A stretch of 63,136 bases of DNA, counting the filler. It is 4 parts of 4 records of this genome, joined end to end, with 100 filler letters (N's around TTAATTAATTAA, not from the genome) between each part and the next. Parts side by side here need not be neighbours in the genome. Positions count along the whole stretch, not along the records: positions 21,579 to 51,664 come from SRR20825010_647; 3 more parts are not named here. The stretch is one strand, 5' to 3'. The notes below the pieces were generated by a model that worked only from the letters and a program-made list of their open reading frames with translations, made no database searches and was not told the origin of the DNA. Numbering within the stretch: position 1 is the stretch's first letter; each line of letters opens with the position of its first letter. A program made the position numbers and the translations under genes. Of the stretch, positions 32,305 to 41,331 are shown in pieces.

Positions 32305-32904
32305 CTAATTTTTAATCTTATGAGGGTTTCTCCATATCACGTCATTTAAATCATCCCCTTTATAGTAAAATAATTTTGTCCAACTTAAAAATCTATAGTA
32401 AGATTCTAAAGCATCGGAATTACAATTTTCTTCTAAAACTTTTTCAAGCATTCTCATAACCCCCGAAGTATACAAGGGGGTTGTCAAATAATATTGACGA
32501 ACATCCCCATCGATACGGTAAGTAAATCTTAACACAACAAATTCAAAGTCATCGGGATCGTAGAATTTAGTCCCAACTTTATCCACAGCATTGATAAATA
32601 GATTAAGAATACTATCTTCAAGAACAATTGTTAACAATTCTAGAGATAGCATCAATGAGTCCGTGGGCACTGCTTTCTTTGAAGAAATTATTAATGGACC
32701 GTCTCCTCTTCCTCCACCCAAATGGTCAATTCTTAGGACATTAATATTATGATCATAACCATCAAAAAATTTAATATCTTCTATCAATCTTTCTTTTGAT
32801 GCTTTTGTAGAATGCATATTCAGTCCATATAGCAGAGGTTTTAAATCTTGACCCTTTATGTTAAAAAAACAGATAATCGCCGACAAGAAAAATACTACCT
32901 TCAT
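32305..32904 (-). CDS. AT-rich hypothetical exported protein
   Basis: ATG at 32904 gives signal-peptide-like MKVVFFLSAIICFFNIKGQ; visibly more AT-rich than its neighbours. Confidence 0.7.
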   Translation of the reverse strand: MKVVFFLSAIICFFNIKGQDLKPLLYGLNMHSTKASKERLIEDIKFFDGYDHNINVLRIDHLGGGRGDGPLIISSKKAVPTDSLMLSLELLTIVLEDSILNLFINAVDKVGTKFYDPDDFEFVVLRFTYRIDGDVRQYYLTTPLYTSGVMRMLEKVLEENCNSDALESYYRFLSWTKLFYYKGDDLNDVIWRNPHKIKN

Positions 32905-32989
32905 AACCAATGATATGTTATTTGATTTGGAATCCGTGTTTATCAGAATACTTGACCTGTAATTCAATAGTTCCCATTATTCGCCCCCG

Positions 32990-33053
32990 AGTCCTCGATT
33001 GCATCCGGGTCGCGCAGACCGAGTCACGCAGACCGGGTCACGCAGACGAGGAT
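32990..33053. repeat. Hairpin element with three 14-bp tandem units in the loop (copy 1)
   Basis: AGTCCTCGATTGCAT + CCGGGTCGCGCAGA, CCGAGTCACGCAGA, CCGGGTCACGCAGA (33005-33046) + CGAGGAT, which pairs with the left arm. Confidence 0.9.
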
Positions 33054-33204
33054 TCCTAAATTTCCTAATTTTTAATGAACCAAACCAAACAACTGCCGCA
33101 AATCTTGAAAGTTGGTGATAATACCAGCTTGGGCGAAGGATTGATATAATCACATTCGTGATTAGTGTTTTTTTCGCTATTTTGGTTCACGCCAATTTCA
33201 CCAC

Positions 33205-33972
33205 ATGCTCTTTCTTCTTCGAAAAATCCGCCAGAAAATGATCCGGGAAAATAAGTTTTGGAATTACCTCCTTTACGCTGTTGGGGAAATCCTTCTTGTA
33301 GTTGCCGGAATATTGATAGCACTTCAAATTGATAGCTGGAATGAGGGGCGGGTTAATAAAAATGAGCGGAAAGCGCTGATCGAAGCACTGATCTCGGACT
33401 TTGAAACCACCTCAATGCAACTGGCAGAACGACGGAAAGACATTACCGATAATAATGTCCGCCTGGAAAAGTTTCTTCAGAATTCGGAAAACAACGAGTC
33501 AATGCCCGTCGATTCCCTCAAGCATTTTGCGAATGCGGCTTTCAGGGGTTTGAATTATCATCCAAATCTGATTTCCTATGAAGAAGCTGTTTCCTCTGGT
33601 AAAATCCATTTAGTAAATGATAAAATCATACAGGAGTACATTTCTTCCTTTTTTCAGCACTACAAGTTTTTGCAAAACCATATGTCCGTGGGTGGTCAGA
33701 ATTTCTATTTAGGTCCGACTTATGAAATCAGAAAGAAAATAGGGAATTTAACAAGCCTGGGCTATGAACATCCCAATGATCAGAGGAAAAAATTCACAGA
33801 TTCCCACCCGCTTTCAGAGCGTGCGTTCCGCGAGTTTGTTCGCAGTAAGGAAGTTTTTGCGATGTTTCACAATACCTTAACGATTCAATACAATATGGAA
33901 GAAAGTCTGGAAGAAATGGAAGCCGACGCTGCACAAATCATTGACAGACTCAAACAAATTCAATCTGAGTAA
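33205..33972 (+). CDS. DUF6090-like Bacteroidota membrane-anchored protein
   Basis: FLLRKIRQ...YLLYAVGEILLVVAGILIALQIDSWNE N-terminal signature; Y..VSSGKIHLV. Confidence 0.8.
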   Translation: MLFLLRKIRQKMIRENKFWNYLLYAVGEILLVVAGILIALQIDSWNEGRVNKNERKALIEALISDFETTSMQLAERRKDITDNNVRLEKFLQNSENNESMPVDSLKHFANAAFRGLNYHPNLISYEEAVSSGKIHLVNDKIIQEYISSFFQHYKFLQNHMSVGGQNFYLGPTYEIRKKIGNLTSLGYEHPNDQRKKFTDSHPLSERAFREFVRSKEVFAMFHNTLTIQYNMEESLEEMEADAAQIIDRLKQIQSE

Positions 33973-33973
33973 T

Positions 33974-34066
33974 AGGCTCTTCCTACTCCGAGAAATCCGC
34001 AATAAAATGATCAATCAAGGCAAGGTTTGGAACTATCTGCTTTATGCAGTAGAGGGAATCCCCTAG
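33974..34066 (+). pseudogene. Truncated remnant of a second DUF6090-like gene
   Basis: Reads (R)LFLLREIRNKMINQGKVWNYLLYAVEGIP* against MLFLLRKIRQKMIRENKFWNYLLYAVGEIL upstream. AGG stands in place of ATG, and it ends at repeat copy 2. Confidence 0.85.
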
Positions 34067-34135
34067 TCCTCGATTGCATCCGGGTCGCGTAGACCGAGTC
34101 GCGTAGACCGGGTCGCGCAGGCCGGGTCGCGCAGA
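34065..34135. repeat. Same element with four 14-bp units (copy 2), right arm absent
   Basis: AGTCCTCGATTGCAT + CCGGGTCGCGTAGA, CCGAGTCGCGTAGA, CCGGGTCGCGCAGG, CCGGGTCGCGCAGA (34080-34135). Confidence 0.9.
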
Positions 34136-34308
34136 CAATTCTCTCATTATAAATGAGCCCCCATATATCTGCCATTAAAAATGCAGAACGAATTTATCAC
34201 TTAAGGCAGGTGAACAGTTGTGCTTAACGCGTAAGGTTATTATCTTCAAGGCAGTTTCGTTTATCATTGAGAACATCATAAAGGGCTATTAATCCAATCA
34301 ACCAGCAA

Positions 34309-36423
34309 ATGCCTGCCATTCCCACTAAGTACTTAATCCTTTCGCTTATCTTCTTTATGCTTCATATCTGCAATGCTCAGGAAGAATATCTTCGGGGCGA
34401 CAGCACGTTTACCTGGCACTTTGGAAAAGAGGTTTACCACCCTCATCTATGGCTGGAGGATTTAAATTCTGATTCTACTTCGCATTGGTTGAAGAAGCAG
34501 GAAGAGTACAAATTTCAAACATTCAAACGAGCTGATTTCAACAGACTCGATGCTTTTTACGGATTCAAATCATACGCTGATCAGGTGGTAACCGAGATAT
34601 ACTCTGTGCGTTTGGAGGTAGACGATTATTATCCACCGGTTATCACAATTCGAGATAAGAGTAGAGGAGACGGATTTTCATATAAAATAAAGGGATCTAA
34701 GTTTAAGCGTCACGAAAGGGATCATCCAACTTTTGTACATACTTATGTAGCCGATCATCTCGGTATCCTTGTGACGGCCATATCGCATTCTGGTGGAGAC
34801 TGGCTTGAACTGATGGTGTTTGATCTTAGAAAAATGGAGGAGGTGTACACCTTGCGAGGAGTCGTAAATCCCTTGGTGTATTTTGGGAAAGATGGGTTTT
34901 ATTATGAGCGTTATGATATTCCAGAGAATGAAACAGAATCTAAAAGGCTAAACCAGCGAATTGTATATCACAAAATTAACACCAAGCACGAAGAAGATCG
35001 GGTGGTGTTTTACAATCAGGATAAGACCTCACAAAAGACATTCGATTTTTTCAAGTCAAAAGAATCCAAGTGGTTGATCATTCTTCATCCTTTTAAGCAA
35101 GGCAGTGACTGGTACGAAGCTGTCAGTGTTATTGATTTGGAGGATCCTCTATTTATGGCCAAGACCTTTTGCGCATACAAATCAGAGTTTGAATTGACCT
35201 TTGATTACGTGCATGAAACGGGTGATTCTATCGTATTTCGAACGGACATGCTCAGGCCGACTTTTCAATTGTTGAAATTTAATGTGAATGAGTTGAATAA
35301 ATACAGAGTGATGGTTGATTCCTATCAGGAGGTATTGAATGAAGCTGCGTTTTTAAATGATGGGTTCTACGGTCTTGAATACCTCCATGGAAATAAGTAT
35401 TTCGGTATGGTGATCGATAGTCTAGGAAATCAACGGTTAGGATTGCCGTTGGGACATGGTGGTGGTATTAATTATTACCTTACGAAAAAAGAAAAGAAGC
35501 CCTCTTTTTCTATATCTCATCATCATTTACCAACCAGGCAGTATGATCTTGACCTCAATTTCGATGATTGTTCATACGAGATGAAGGAGGGGCAATTTGG
35601 GTTGAATTATGATGATTTTGAGGTTGTATTAACTGAATATGAAAGTCTGGATGGGGTTAAAATTCCCATCACAATCATTCATGCGAAGAAGAATTTTAAG
35701 AAAAATGGCCAGCATGTAGCCCTTATGGATGTCTATGGTGGGTATGGGAGTATACAGGAACCCGCTTATGCCTTCATAAACAGTTATTTACTGAAAAATG
35801 GCGGTGTTTTAGTGATTCCTGGAGTGCGAGGTAGTGGCGTCAAAGGCACCCACTGGGCATCAGCGGGAAGGGGAGTGAACAAGCAAAGGACGATTGATGA
35901 TATTATTGCTGCTTCAGAGTTTCTGATCAAGGAGGGGTATACTTCGAGTGAACTTCTGTTTCTTGAAGGAGGATCTCATGGTGGTTTTGCTGTAGCAGCC
36001 AGTGCCATTCAAAGGCCTGATTTATACAGAGGGGTGATCATTACTTCTGGTTCACTTGATCTAGTGAGGCGTAGCAACCAAACCACAGGCTATAGTGAAT
36101 TGAATAGAATCGAATACGGCGACCCGAGCGATTCAACTTCCTTTATGTCTAGGTTATCCTTGTCGCCCATTCACAATTTGGAAAATCAGAAAAGGTACCC
36201 ATCTTTCCTTATCATTGGAGGTCTTCAGGACACCCGAGTACCCATCCACAATAGTTTTAGGTTTTACGAAGCTCTACAGGAAAAATCAACCAATAAACGG
36301 AATTTTATTCACTTAGCTAATGGTGGCCATGACGTAACCAATAATGGGTATCAAGAGATCAAAATTGTATCACTCAGGATGTCTTTCATTCATGAGCTGA
36401 CAGGAATAAAACTATGGCTTTAA
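34309..36423 (+). CDS. S9A prolyl oligopeptidase family serine peptidase, exported
   Basis: Signal peptide, WLEDL, YESLDGVKIP, YGGY, GVRGSG, GGSHGG (Ser), QDTRVP (Asp), GGH (His). Confidence 0.88.
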   Translation: MPAIPTKYLILSLIFFMLHICNAQEEYLRGDSTFTWHFGKEVYHPHLWLEDLNSDSTSHWLKKQEEYKFQTFKRADFNRLDAFYGFKSYADQVVTEIYSVRLEVDDYYPPVITIRDKSRGDGFSYKIKGSKFKRHERDHPTFVHTYVADHLGILVTAISHSGGDWLELMVFDLRKMEEVYTLRGVVNPLVYFGKDGFYYERYDIPENETESKRLNQRIVYHKINTKHEEDRVVFYNQDKTSQKTFDFFKSKESKWLIILHPFKQGSDWYEAVSVIDLEDPLFMAKTFCAYKSEFELTFDYVHETGDSIVFRTDMLRPTFQLLKFNVNELNKYRVMVDSYQEVLNEAAFLNDGFYGLEYLHGNKYFGMVIDSLGNQRLGLPLGHGGGINYYLTKKEKKPSFSISHHHLPTRQYDLDLNFDDCSYEMKEGQFGLNYDDFEVVLTEYESLDGVKIPITIIHAKKNFKKNGQHVALMDVYGGYGSIQEPAYAFINSYLLKNGGVLVIPGVRGSGVKGTHWASAGRGVNKQRTIDDIIAASEFLIKEGYTSSELLFLEGGSHGGFAVAASAIQRPDLYRGVIITSGSLDLVRRSNQTTGYSELNRIEYGDPSDSTSFMSRLSLSPIHNLENQKRYPSFLIIGGLQDTRVPIHNSFRFYEALQEKSTNKRNFIHLANGGHDVTNNGYQEIKIVSLRMSFIHELTGIKLWL

Positions 36424-36480
36424 TTTCCTCCGCCGTTGTTGGTCTTATGACAGACAACCTTGATGCAGGATATGAACCAC

Positions 36481-36648
36481 CCCGAAAAATCACAAGAAGC
36501 TCCAGAAAATGGGAGAAACGCTGTAGAGAGTCATTCCTCCGCACTAGAAAACAACAAAACCGCACCCAAAAATGACCCCCACGCTCTAGAAAATCATTCC
36601 CACGCAGCGAAAAACGATAAAACTGCATGGGAAAATCATTTCTCCCGT
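36481..36648. repeat. Degenerate 21-bp tandem array (8 units) between convergent genes
   Basis: Approximate consensus NNN-RAA-AAY-NNN-NNN-NNN-GCW; reads PEKSQEA PENGRNA VESHSSA LENNKTA PKNDPHA LENHSHA AKNDKTA WENHFSR in ORF 36460-36726. Confidence 0.75.
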
Positions 36649-36700
36649 GGTAGGAACGGCAGATCCTGCCAAAAAATCACAGTTTCTTGGTGCCCGCCAA

Positions 36701-37975
36701 TTAGCGCTGTATGCGCACGGGAGTAACCATGCTTTCACGGCTATTATCATCCAGCAACTCGGAGTGCAACTCGTCCCAAAGCATCATGAAAATAACAAAT
36801 TCGTTGTTGGCGCTCAGCTTTTCTTTGATGAGCATGTCGAAGACAGTTTTTTGCATGTCGGTCAGCTGGATGCGCAGCTCATCATTTGGAATCTTATGAA
36901 AGTTCTCCTTCAGATCGAGTAGCTTTTGGTAAAACTGATCAATCCGATCCTTTTTTCGCTGATGAACGGCCGTTTTCACCGCCCCAATTAGTCCGAACAT
37001 AAGCACGAAGGCCGAAAGCGCAAATCCCATCACATCTGCGTAGCGTTCCACGAACGTTGGCTGATCTCTGTTTAGATAGTCGATTGTGCCCTGATGAAAC
37101 GGAAAACTGAGAATGATGTCCTGATGGTTGGCTTCAAAAATGTAGCTGTTGGAAGATTCGAAAATCTTTACGATGTGATGCTGATGGATGGCCTGGATCA
37201 GGTCGTAAATAACCTGAGCGGGAATTTCGTCATGCGCTACAAGCAGTTCGTGTACTGCAAGAGTGAATATGGGTTTGTTCAACGTGATACCAAAGGCATA
37301 TCTGGATAGGACATACGGGGTGGTCTTTTTGTAATCCTTACAAAAGCCGTCGATAAATGAACCTCCTACCATGTATTCGTCGTGATCAAGCGAATGCAAA
37401 TAGGCTTCTCTTGAGAATAACAGCCTGCCCAGCTCGTAGTTTTCACGGGCCGAAAAGAAAAGAACAATGCTGTTACGTTCCAAGTCTTCTTTCAAGTTGA
37501 AATGGCCTTCTATTCGGTAATTGAGCGTAGAATCACCCGTGAAATTTGGGATAAATCTTCGGTAGAAATCCAGCTCATCCACTTCTTTTGTCAGAATCAG
37601 GTAATCCTTTGCTCTGAGTAGGGAATCAATCTGACTTTGATTGAGCTCGCGTTTCGATAACACGACGAGCACCTCATGGAAAAATGGGATAACTGTCTTT
37701 ATTTCCAGTTTTGACTCATGGTAATCAATCGTGTTATCAACGCTGGTCAAGTCAAATTCCTTGTCCAGCAACTGGTCGATGGCCATGATTTCAGTGACAG
37801 AATCCTTGATGATTAGGTTGATGTCAAATCTGGAATGATCGTTGATTTTTTCAACGATCTCTCGCATGGCCGTTTCGTCCTCCAAAGGCACCATGAGGTT
37901 CAGATTGTAATTGGAATTGCACGCGGAAAAGAGCATGACTGCAGCAGCCATGGCAATTGGATGTGAGATTTTCAT
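36701..37975 (-). CDS. TAXI-like solute-binding lipoprotein with C-terminal TM and helical tail
   Basis: Lipobox LFSAC, PFFHEVLVV, TLAVHELLVA, FPFHQGTIDYLNRDQPTFVERYAD, then a TM helix and RKKDRIDQFY. Confidence 0.6.
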   Translation of the reverse strand: MKISHPIAMAAAVMLFSACNSNYNLNLMVPLEDETAMREIVEKINDHSRFDINLIIKDSVTEIMAIDQLLDKEFDLTSVDNTIDYHESKLEIKTVIPFFHEVLVVLSKRELNQSQIDSLLRAKDYLILTKEVDELDFYRRFIPNFTGDSTLNYRIEGHFNLKEDLERNSIVLFFSARENYELGRLLFSREAYLHSLDHDEYMVGGSFIDGFCKDYKKTTPYVLSRYAFGITLNKPIFTLAVHELLVAHDEIPAQVIYDLIQAIHQHHIVKIFESSNSYIFEANHQDIILSFPFHQGTIDYLNRDQPTFVERYADVMGFALSAFVLMFGLIGAVKTAVHQRKKDRIDQFYQKLLDLKENFHKIPNDELRIQLTDMQKTVFDMLIKEKLSANNEFVIFMMLWDELHSELLDDNSRESMVTPVRIQR

Positions 37976-38105
37976 GTATAATAGCTTGGTTGGGCTTAAA
38001 TATAAGAGAAATTATATCCCTAAATCCTTAATTGCGCCGAGGATTTCTGACTGCCTCCAATTAAAATACATCTGACAGGTATTCCTTGTAGAAGTTGACA
38101 TAGAA

Positions 38106-38336
38106 TTAACCCAGCGCCTTGAAAAGTGTTTCCCATTCTTCTTCCAGATTTCCTTTGAAAATGGGTTTTCCAGCGCGACTATACCAGTAACGGGCGTTTC
38201 GAATATCGCCTTCTTTTCGGTGAAGGTAGGCATGGATCCAGGCAGCTTCCTGAGTGGGTAAATCCTGAATCATTTCGTGTGCTTCATCCCAATTTCCGTT
38301 CTTCTCAGTTTTCAGTGCTTGTAGGTAGATGGTCAT
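38106..38336 (-). CDS. Small conserved hypothetical protein
   Basis: GNWDEAHEMIQD...WIHAYLHRKEGD..NARYWY, a widespread uncharacterised motif. Confidence 0.8.
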   Translation of the reverse strand: MTIYLQALKTEKNGNWDEAHEMIQDLPTQEAAWIHAYLHRKEGDIRNARYWYSRAGKPIFKGNLEEEWETLFKALG

Positions 38337-38357
38337 ATCAGTTATTGAGATTCAATT

Positions 38358-39356
38358 TTATTTCAATCCACTCAGAAATGCAAGTGTATCTACATTGTCT
38401 GCATAGTCCCATGGTTCAGGTAGTTGCGCTTTTCCGAATGGGATAGCGCCTTTTCCTACCACACATTGAATTTTTTCCTTGTTCGCATCCAGATAGGTAT
38501 CTACTTCTGCTTGATCGGCATATTCCTGCACAAAAAGTACGGAGATTGGGGAAACCAGCTCTGTGGATTGCCGCCAGAGCAAAAACCCGTTATCCAGATG
38601 TGGCTCTTTGTTCACCAGATAGATGGATTTATTGTAATCGTAGTTGTTTCTGTATTTGTGGTGGTTGCCCACTTCTTCGTATTCCTGAAGTGATTCAAAA
38701 AAGAAATCGGCTTTATAACCCTTCGGCACAAGCACCTTCGATACGTTGCGGCAGCCCAGACCGTAATACCAGAAGATGTCCTTTCCCAGCTCTTTTAGTT
38801 CCTCAGCCGTTTCATGTCCAGAAAGTACAGCCAGCGACGATCGATTTTTTCGGATGATGTGAGGAATGTCCTTGAAATAATATTCAAAATATCGGGCGGT
38901 ATTGTCGCTACCCGTTGCAATTACTGCATCAATGCTGGTCAGACGCTCTCTGATTTCCAATGATTTTTTGAAACGGGGCTCAATTTTGAGCAGCCATTCG
39001 ATTATCTTTTTCACAAGGTAGGAATCCTGACTGGAGGTTTTTATTGCCGCAAAATTCCCTGACAAGAGCACACACATCAGGTCATGAAACCCTACAAGGG
39101 GAATATTTCCCGCCATGACGATACCAACGATTTTGGGCACTTCGTTATCAAGCGAATAGCTCTTTAGCCACGATTCTAGTTTTGGTTGTTCCAAAGCAAG
39201 TCCGATTCCTTCAAGAGCACGTTTGGTATTTTCCGGCGTAAACCAGGCGTTTTCTCCTCGGGCGAATGCACACATTTCGTCCAATTCGATTTCAGAAAGG
39301 CCGGATAGTTTGTCGCCAAGTAGCACAAATGCAGAAATACGCTCGTCAAGAATCAT
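38358..39356 (-). CDS. LuxC-like acyl-CoA reductase family protein
   Basis: ENAWFT, MAGNIPLVGFHD, IATGSDNTARYF, GLGCRNVSK (catalytic Cys), DYADNVDT. Confidence 0.88.
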   Translation of the reverse strand: MILDERISAFVLLGDKLSGLSEIELDEMCAFARGENAWFTPENTKRALEGIGLALEQPKLESWLKSYSLDNEVPKIVGIVMAGNIPLVGFHDLMCVLLSGNFAAIKTSSQDSYLVKKIIEWLLKIEPRFKKSLEIRERLTSIDAVIATGSDNTARYFEYYFKDIPHIIRKNRSSLAVLSGHETAEELKELGKDIFWYYGLGCRNVSKVLVPKGYKADFFFESLQEYEEVGNHHKYRNNYDYNKSIYLVNKEPHLDNGFLLWRQSTELVSPISVLFVQEYADQAEVDTYLDANKEKIQCVVGKGAIPFGKAQLPEPWDYADNVDTLAFLSGLK

Positions 39357-39415
39357 TTAAATCAATTTTACTTTTGGCTGCAAACTTATTGTGAATATTT
39401 TTGTTCCCTTATTGA

Positions 39416-39784
<369 letters not shown>

Positions 39785-39802
39785 GAAAAGGTTAAAAATT
39801 TT

Positions 39803-39828
39803 AAAAGCGGGTCTTGCCCGCTTTTTTT
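39803..39828. terminator. Bidirectional terminator
   Basis: AAAAGCGGG-TCTTG-CCCGCTTTTTTT between convergent genes. Confidence 0.85.
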
Positions 39829-39853
39829 ATTTTCTTTTATTTTATGACCGGGC

Positions 39854-40759
39854 TTAACGCATTCTTTTTCTTTTGATCAGATAGGCGCTCAGCACCTTAT
39901 CAAAAGGCTCGGCCGTGTTGGCCTCAATTAGATCGATGCGGTATTGTCCGCAGCGTAGTTTCAGCTCCTCATAGACTGCCGCGATTCGCGTTTTGTATTG
40001 TTCCTTCACATCTCGTGGATTTACGCGGAGCGTTTGCTTCGATTCCAGATCAATGAATTTATACGGACGATCTTCAAATTCAAATTCCAACTCCGTATTT
40101 TGATCGGTCACTTGAAAAATCAAAATCTCATGTTTGTTGTATTTCAAATGCTGCAAAGCTGTAAAAATTGCATCCAGATTGTCCGAGTTTTGAAACATGT
40201 CGCTGAAGATGATCACAAGAGATCGTTTGTGCATCTTCTCCGCAATTTCATGCAGCACGTTAGCCACATTGGTCTGTGATTCCGTTTCGGTTGTTTCGAT
40301 TATATTAGAGAGCTCTTTAAAAATCACGTTCAGGTTGGATCCTGTCGAGCTGAGCGGCGATTGAAAATGCACCTTGTCCGAAAAGCTCACTAGCCGAACC
40401 GCATCCCGCTGCGAAGAGAGTAGCTGGGCCATGGCCGCTGCACACATACTGGCAAACTTGATCTTGGCATGATCCGGTTTAGGATAATACATCGATCCTG
40501 AAATATCCAGCAGGATGTTGCAACGCAGATTTGTTTCTTCCTCGTATTGTTTGGTATACAAACGATCCGTTCGTGCAAAGACCTTCCAGTCTACGTGTCG
40601 GGTGCTCTCTCCGAAATTGTACAGCTTATGCTCTGCAAATTCAACTGAAAAGCCGTGATAGGGCGATTTGTGAAGGCCGGTAATAAAACCTTCGACCAAT
40701 TGTTTTGCGAGAAAATCTATTTTTTCAAATTGTTTGATGTCCGATAGGGTAATACTCAT
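39854..40759 (-). CDS. DUF58 / vWA domain protein (MoxR-associated family)
   Basis: GLHKSPYHGFSVEFAEH, DWKVFART, YEEETNLR, DISGSM MIDAS, IFSD. Confidence 0.92.
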   Translation of the reverse strand: MSITLSDIKQFEKIDFLAKQLVEGFITGLHKSPYHGFSVEFAEHKLYNFGESTRHVDWKVFARTDRLYTKQYEEETNLRCNILLDISGSMYYPKPDHAKIKFASMCAAAMAQLLSSQRDAVRLVSFSDKVHFQSPLSSTGSNLNVIFKELSNIIETTETESQTNVANVLHEIAEKMHKRSLVIIFSDMFQNSDNLDAIFTALQHLKYNKHEILIFQVTDQNTELEFEFEDRPYKFIDLESKQTLRVNPRDVKEQYKTRIAAVYEELKLRCGQYRIDLIEANTAEPFDKVLSAYLIKRKRMR

Positions 40760-40919
40760 ACCGTTCTTAGGATTCTTTTTGTCAAAAATGAGGTCGGTTT
40801 TTAATCAACGTAAAGATGGACATTAATTTCAGGTGTTTGCATTTCTCTGTTTTAAAATGCTATATTTAAATGCTTTTTGACAACCTAACACTAAAGATTA
40901 CAAACAAAACCTGAGCAAC

Positions 40920-41270
40920 GTGGAAGAGAATACGGAAAAAGGAAGAGAAGAAATTTACTCCGAAAGAGTGAGAGCGGGGAAGAGAACATACTTTTTTGAT
41001 GTGAAAGCTACCAAGTCTAACGACTACTACTTAACCATCACAGAAAGTAAAAGGAGGTTTAAGGACGATGGGTTCTTCTACGAAAAACATAAAATATTTC
41101 TCTACAAGGAGGATTTCAATAAGTTTGTCGAAGCGTTGAATGACACTGTCAATCACGTGAAAAACGAGTTGCTTCCGGATGTTGATTTTTCACAATTTGA
41201 TAACATGGAGGAAGGTGAAGAGGTAGACGTGGCTGCCTCTGATTCCGACTCGGACTTGAAGTGGGATTAA
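40920..41270 (+). CDS. PUR-family DNA/RNA-binding protein (DUF3276)
   Basis: RAGKRTYFFDVK, YLTITESK, EKHKIFLYKEDF; acidic tail. Confidence 0.9.
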   Translation: MEENTEKGREEIYSERVRAGKRTYFFDVKATKSNDYYLTITESKRRFKDDGFFYEKHKIFLYKEDFNKFVEALNDTVNHVKNELLPDVDFSQFDNMEEGEEVDVAASDSDSDLKWD

Positions 41271-41290
41271 ATTTGATGATAAGAAATGGT

Positions 41291-41320
41291 GAGCTCGCAG
41301 AATCCTCCGCGAGCTTTTTT
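41291..41320 (+). terminator. Rho-independent terminator
   Basis: GAGCTCGC...GCGAGCTTTTTT. Confidence 0.7.
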
Positions 41321-41331
41321 ATTTTTAAGCC

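Noticed and set aside
33005..34135. 14-bp repeats as a CRISPR array
   Set aside because: Units are contiguous with no spacers, too short, and no cas genes are present.
32250..34173. Imperfect inverted match (GGCAGATCGGGGGCTCAT at 32250; ATGAGCCCCC-ATAT-ATCTGCC at 34153) as transposon ends
   Set aside because: Only 10+7 bp with an indel, no target duplication or transposase, and a similar word occurs near 24835; chance cannot be excluded.
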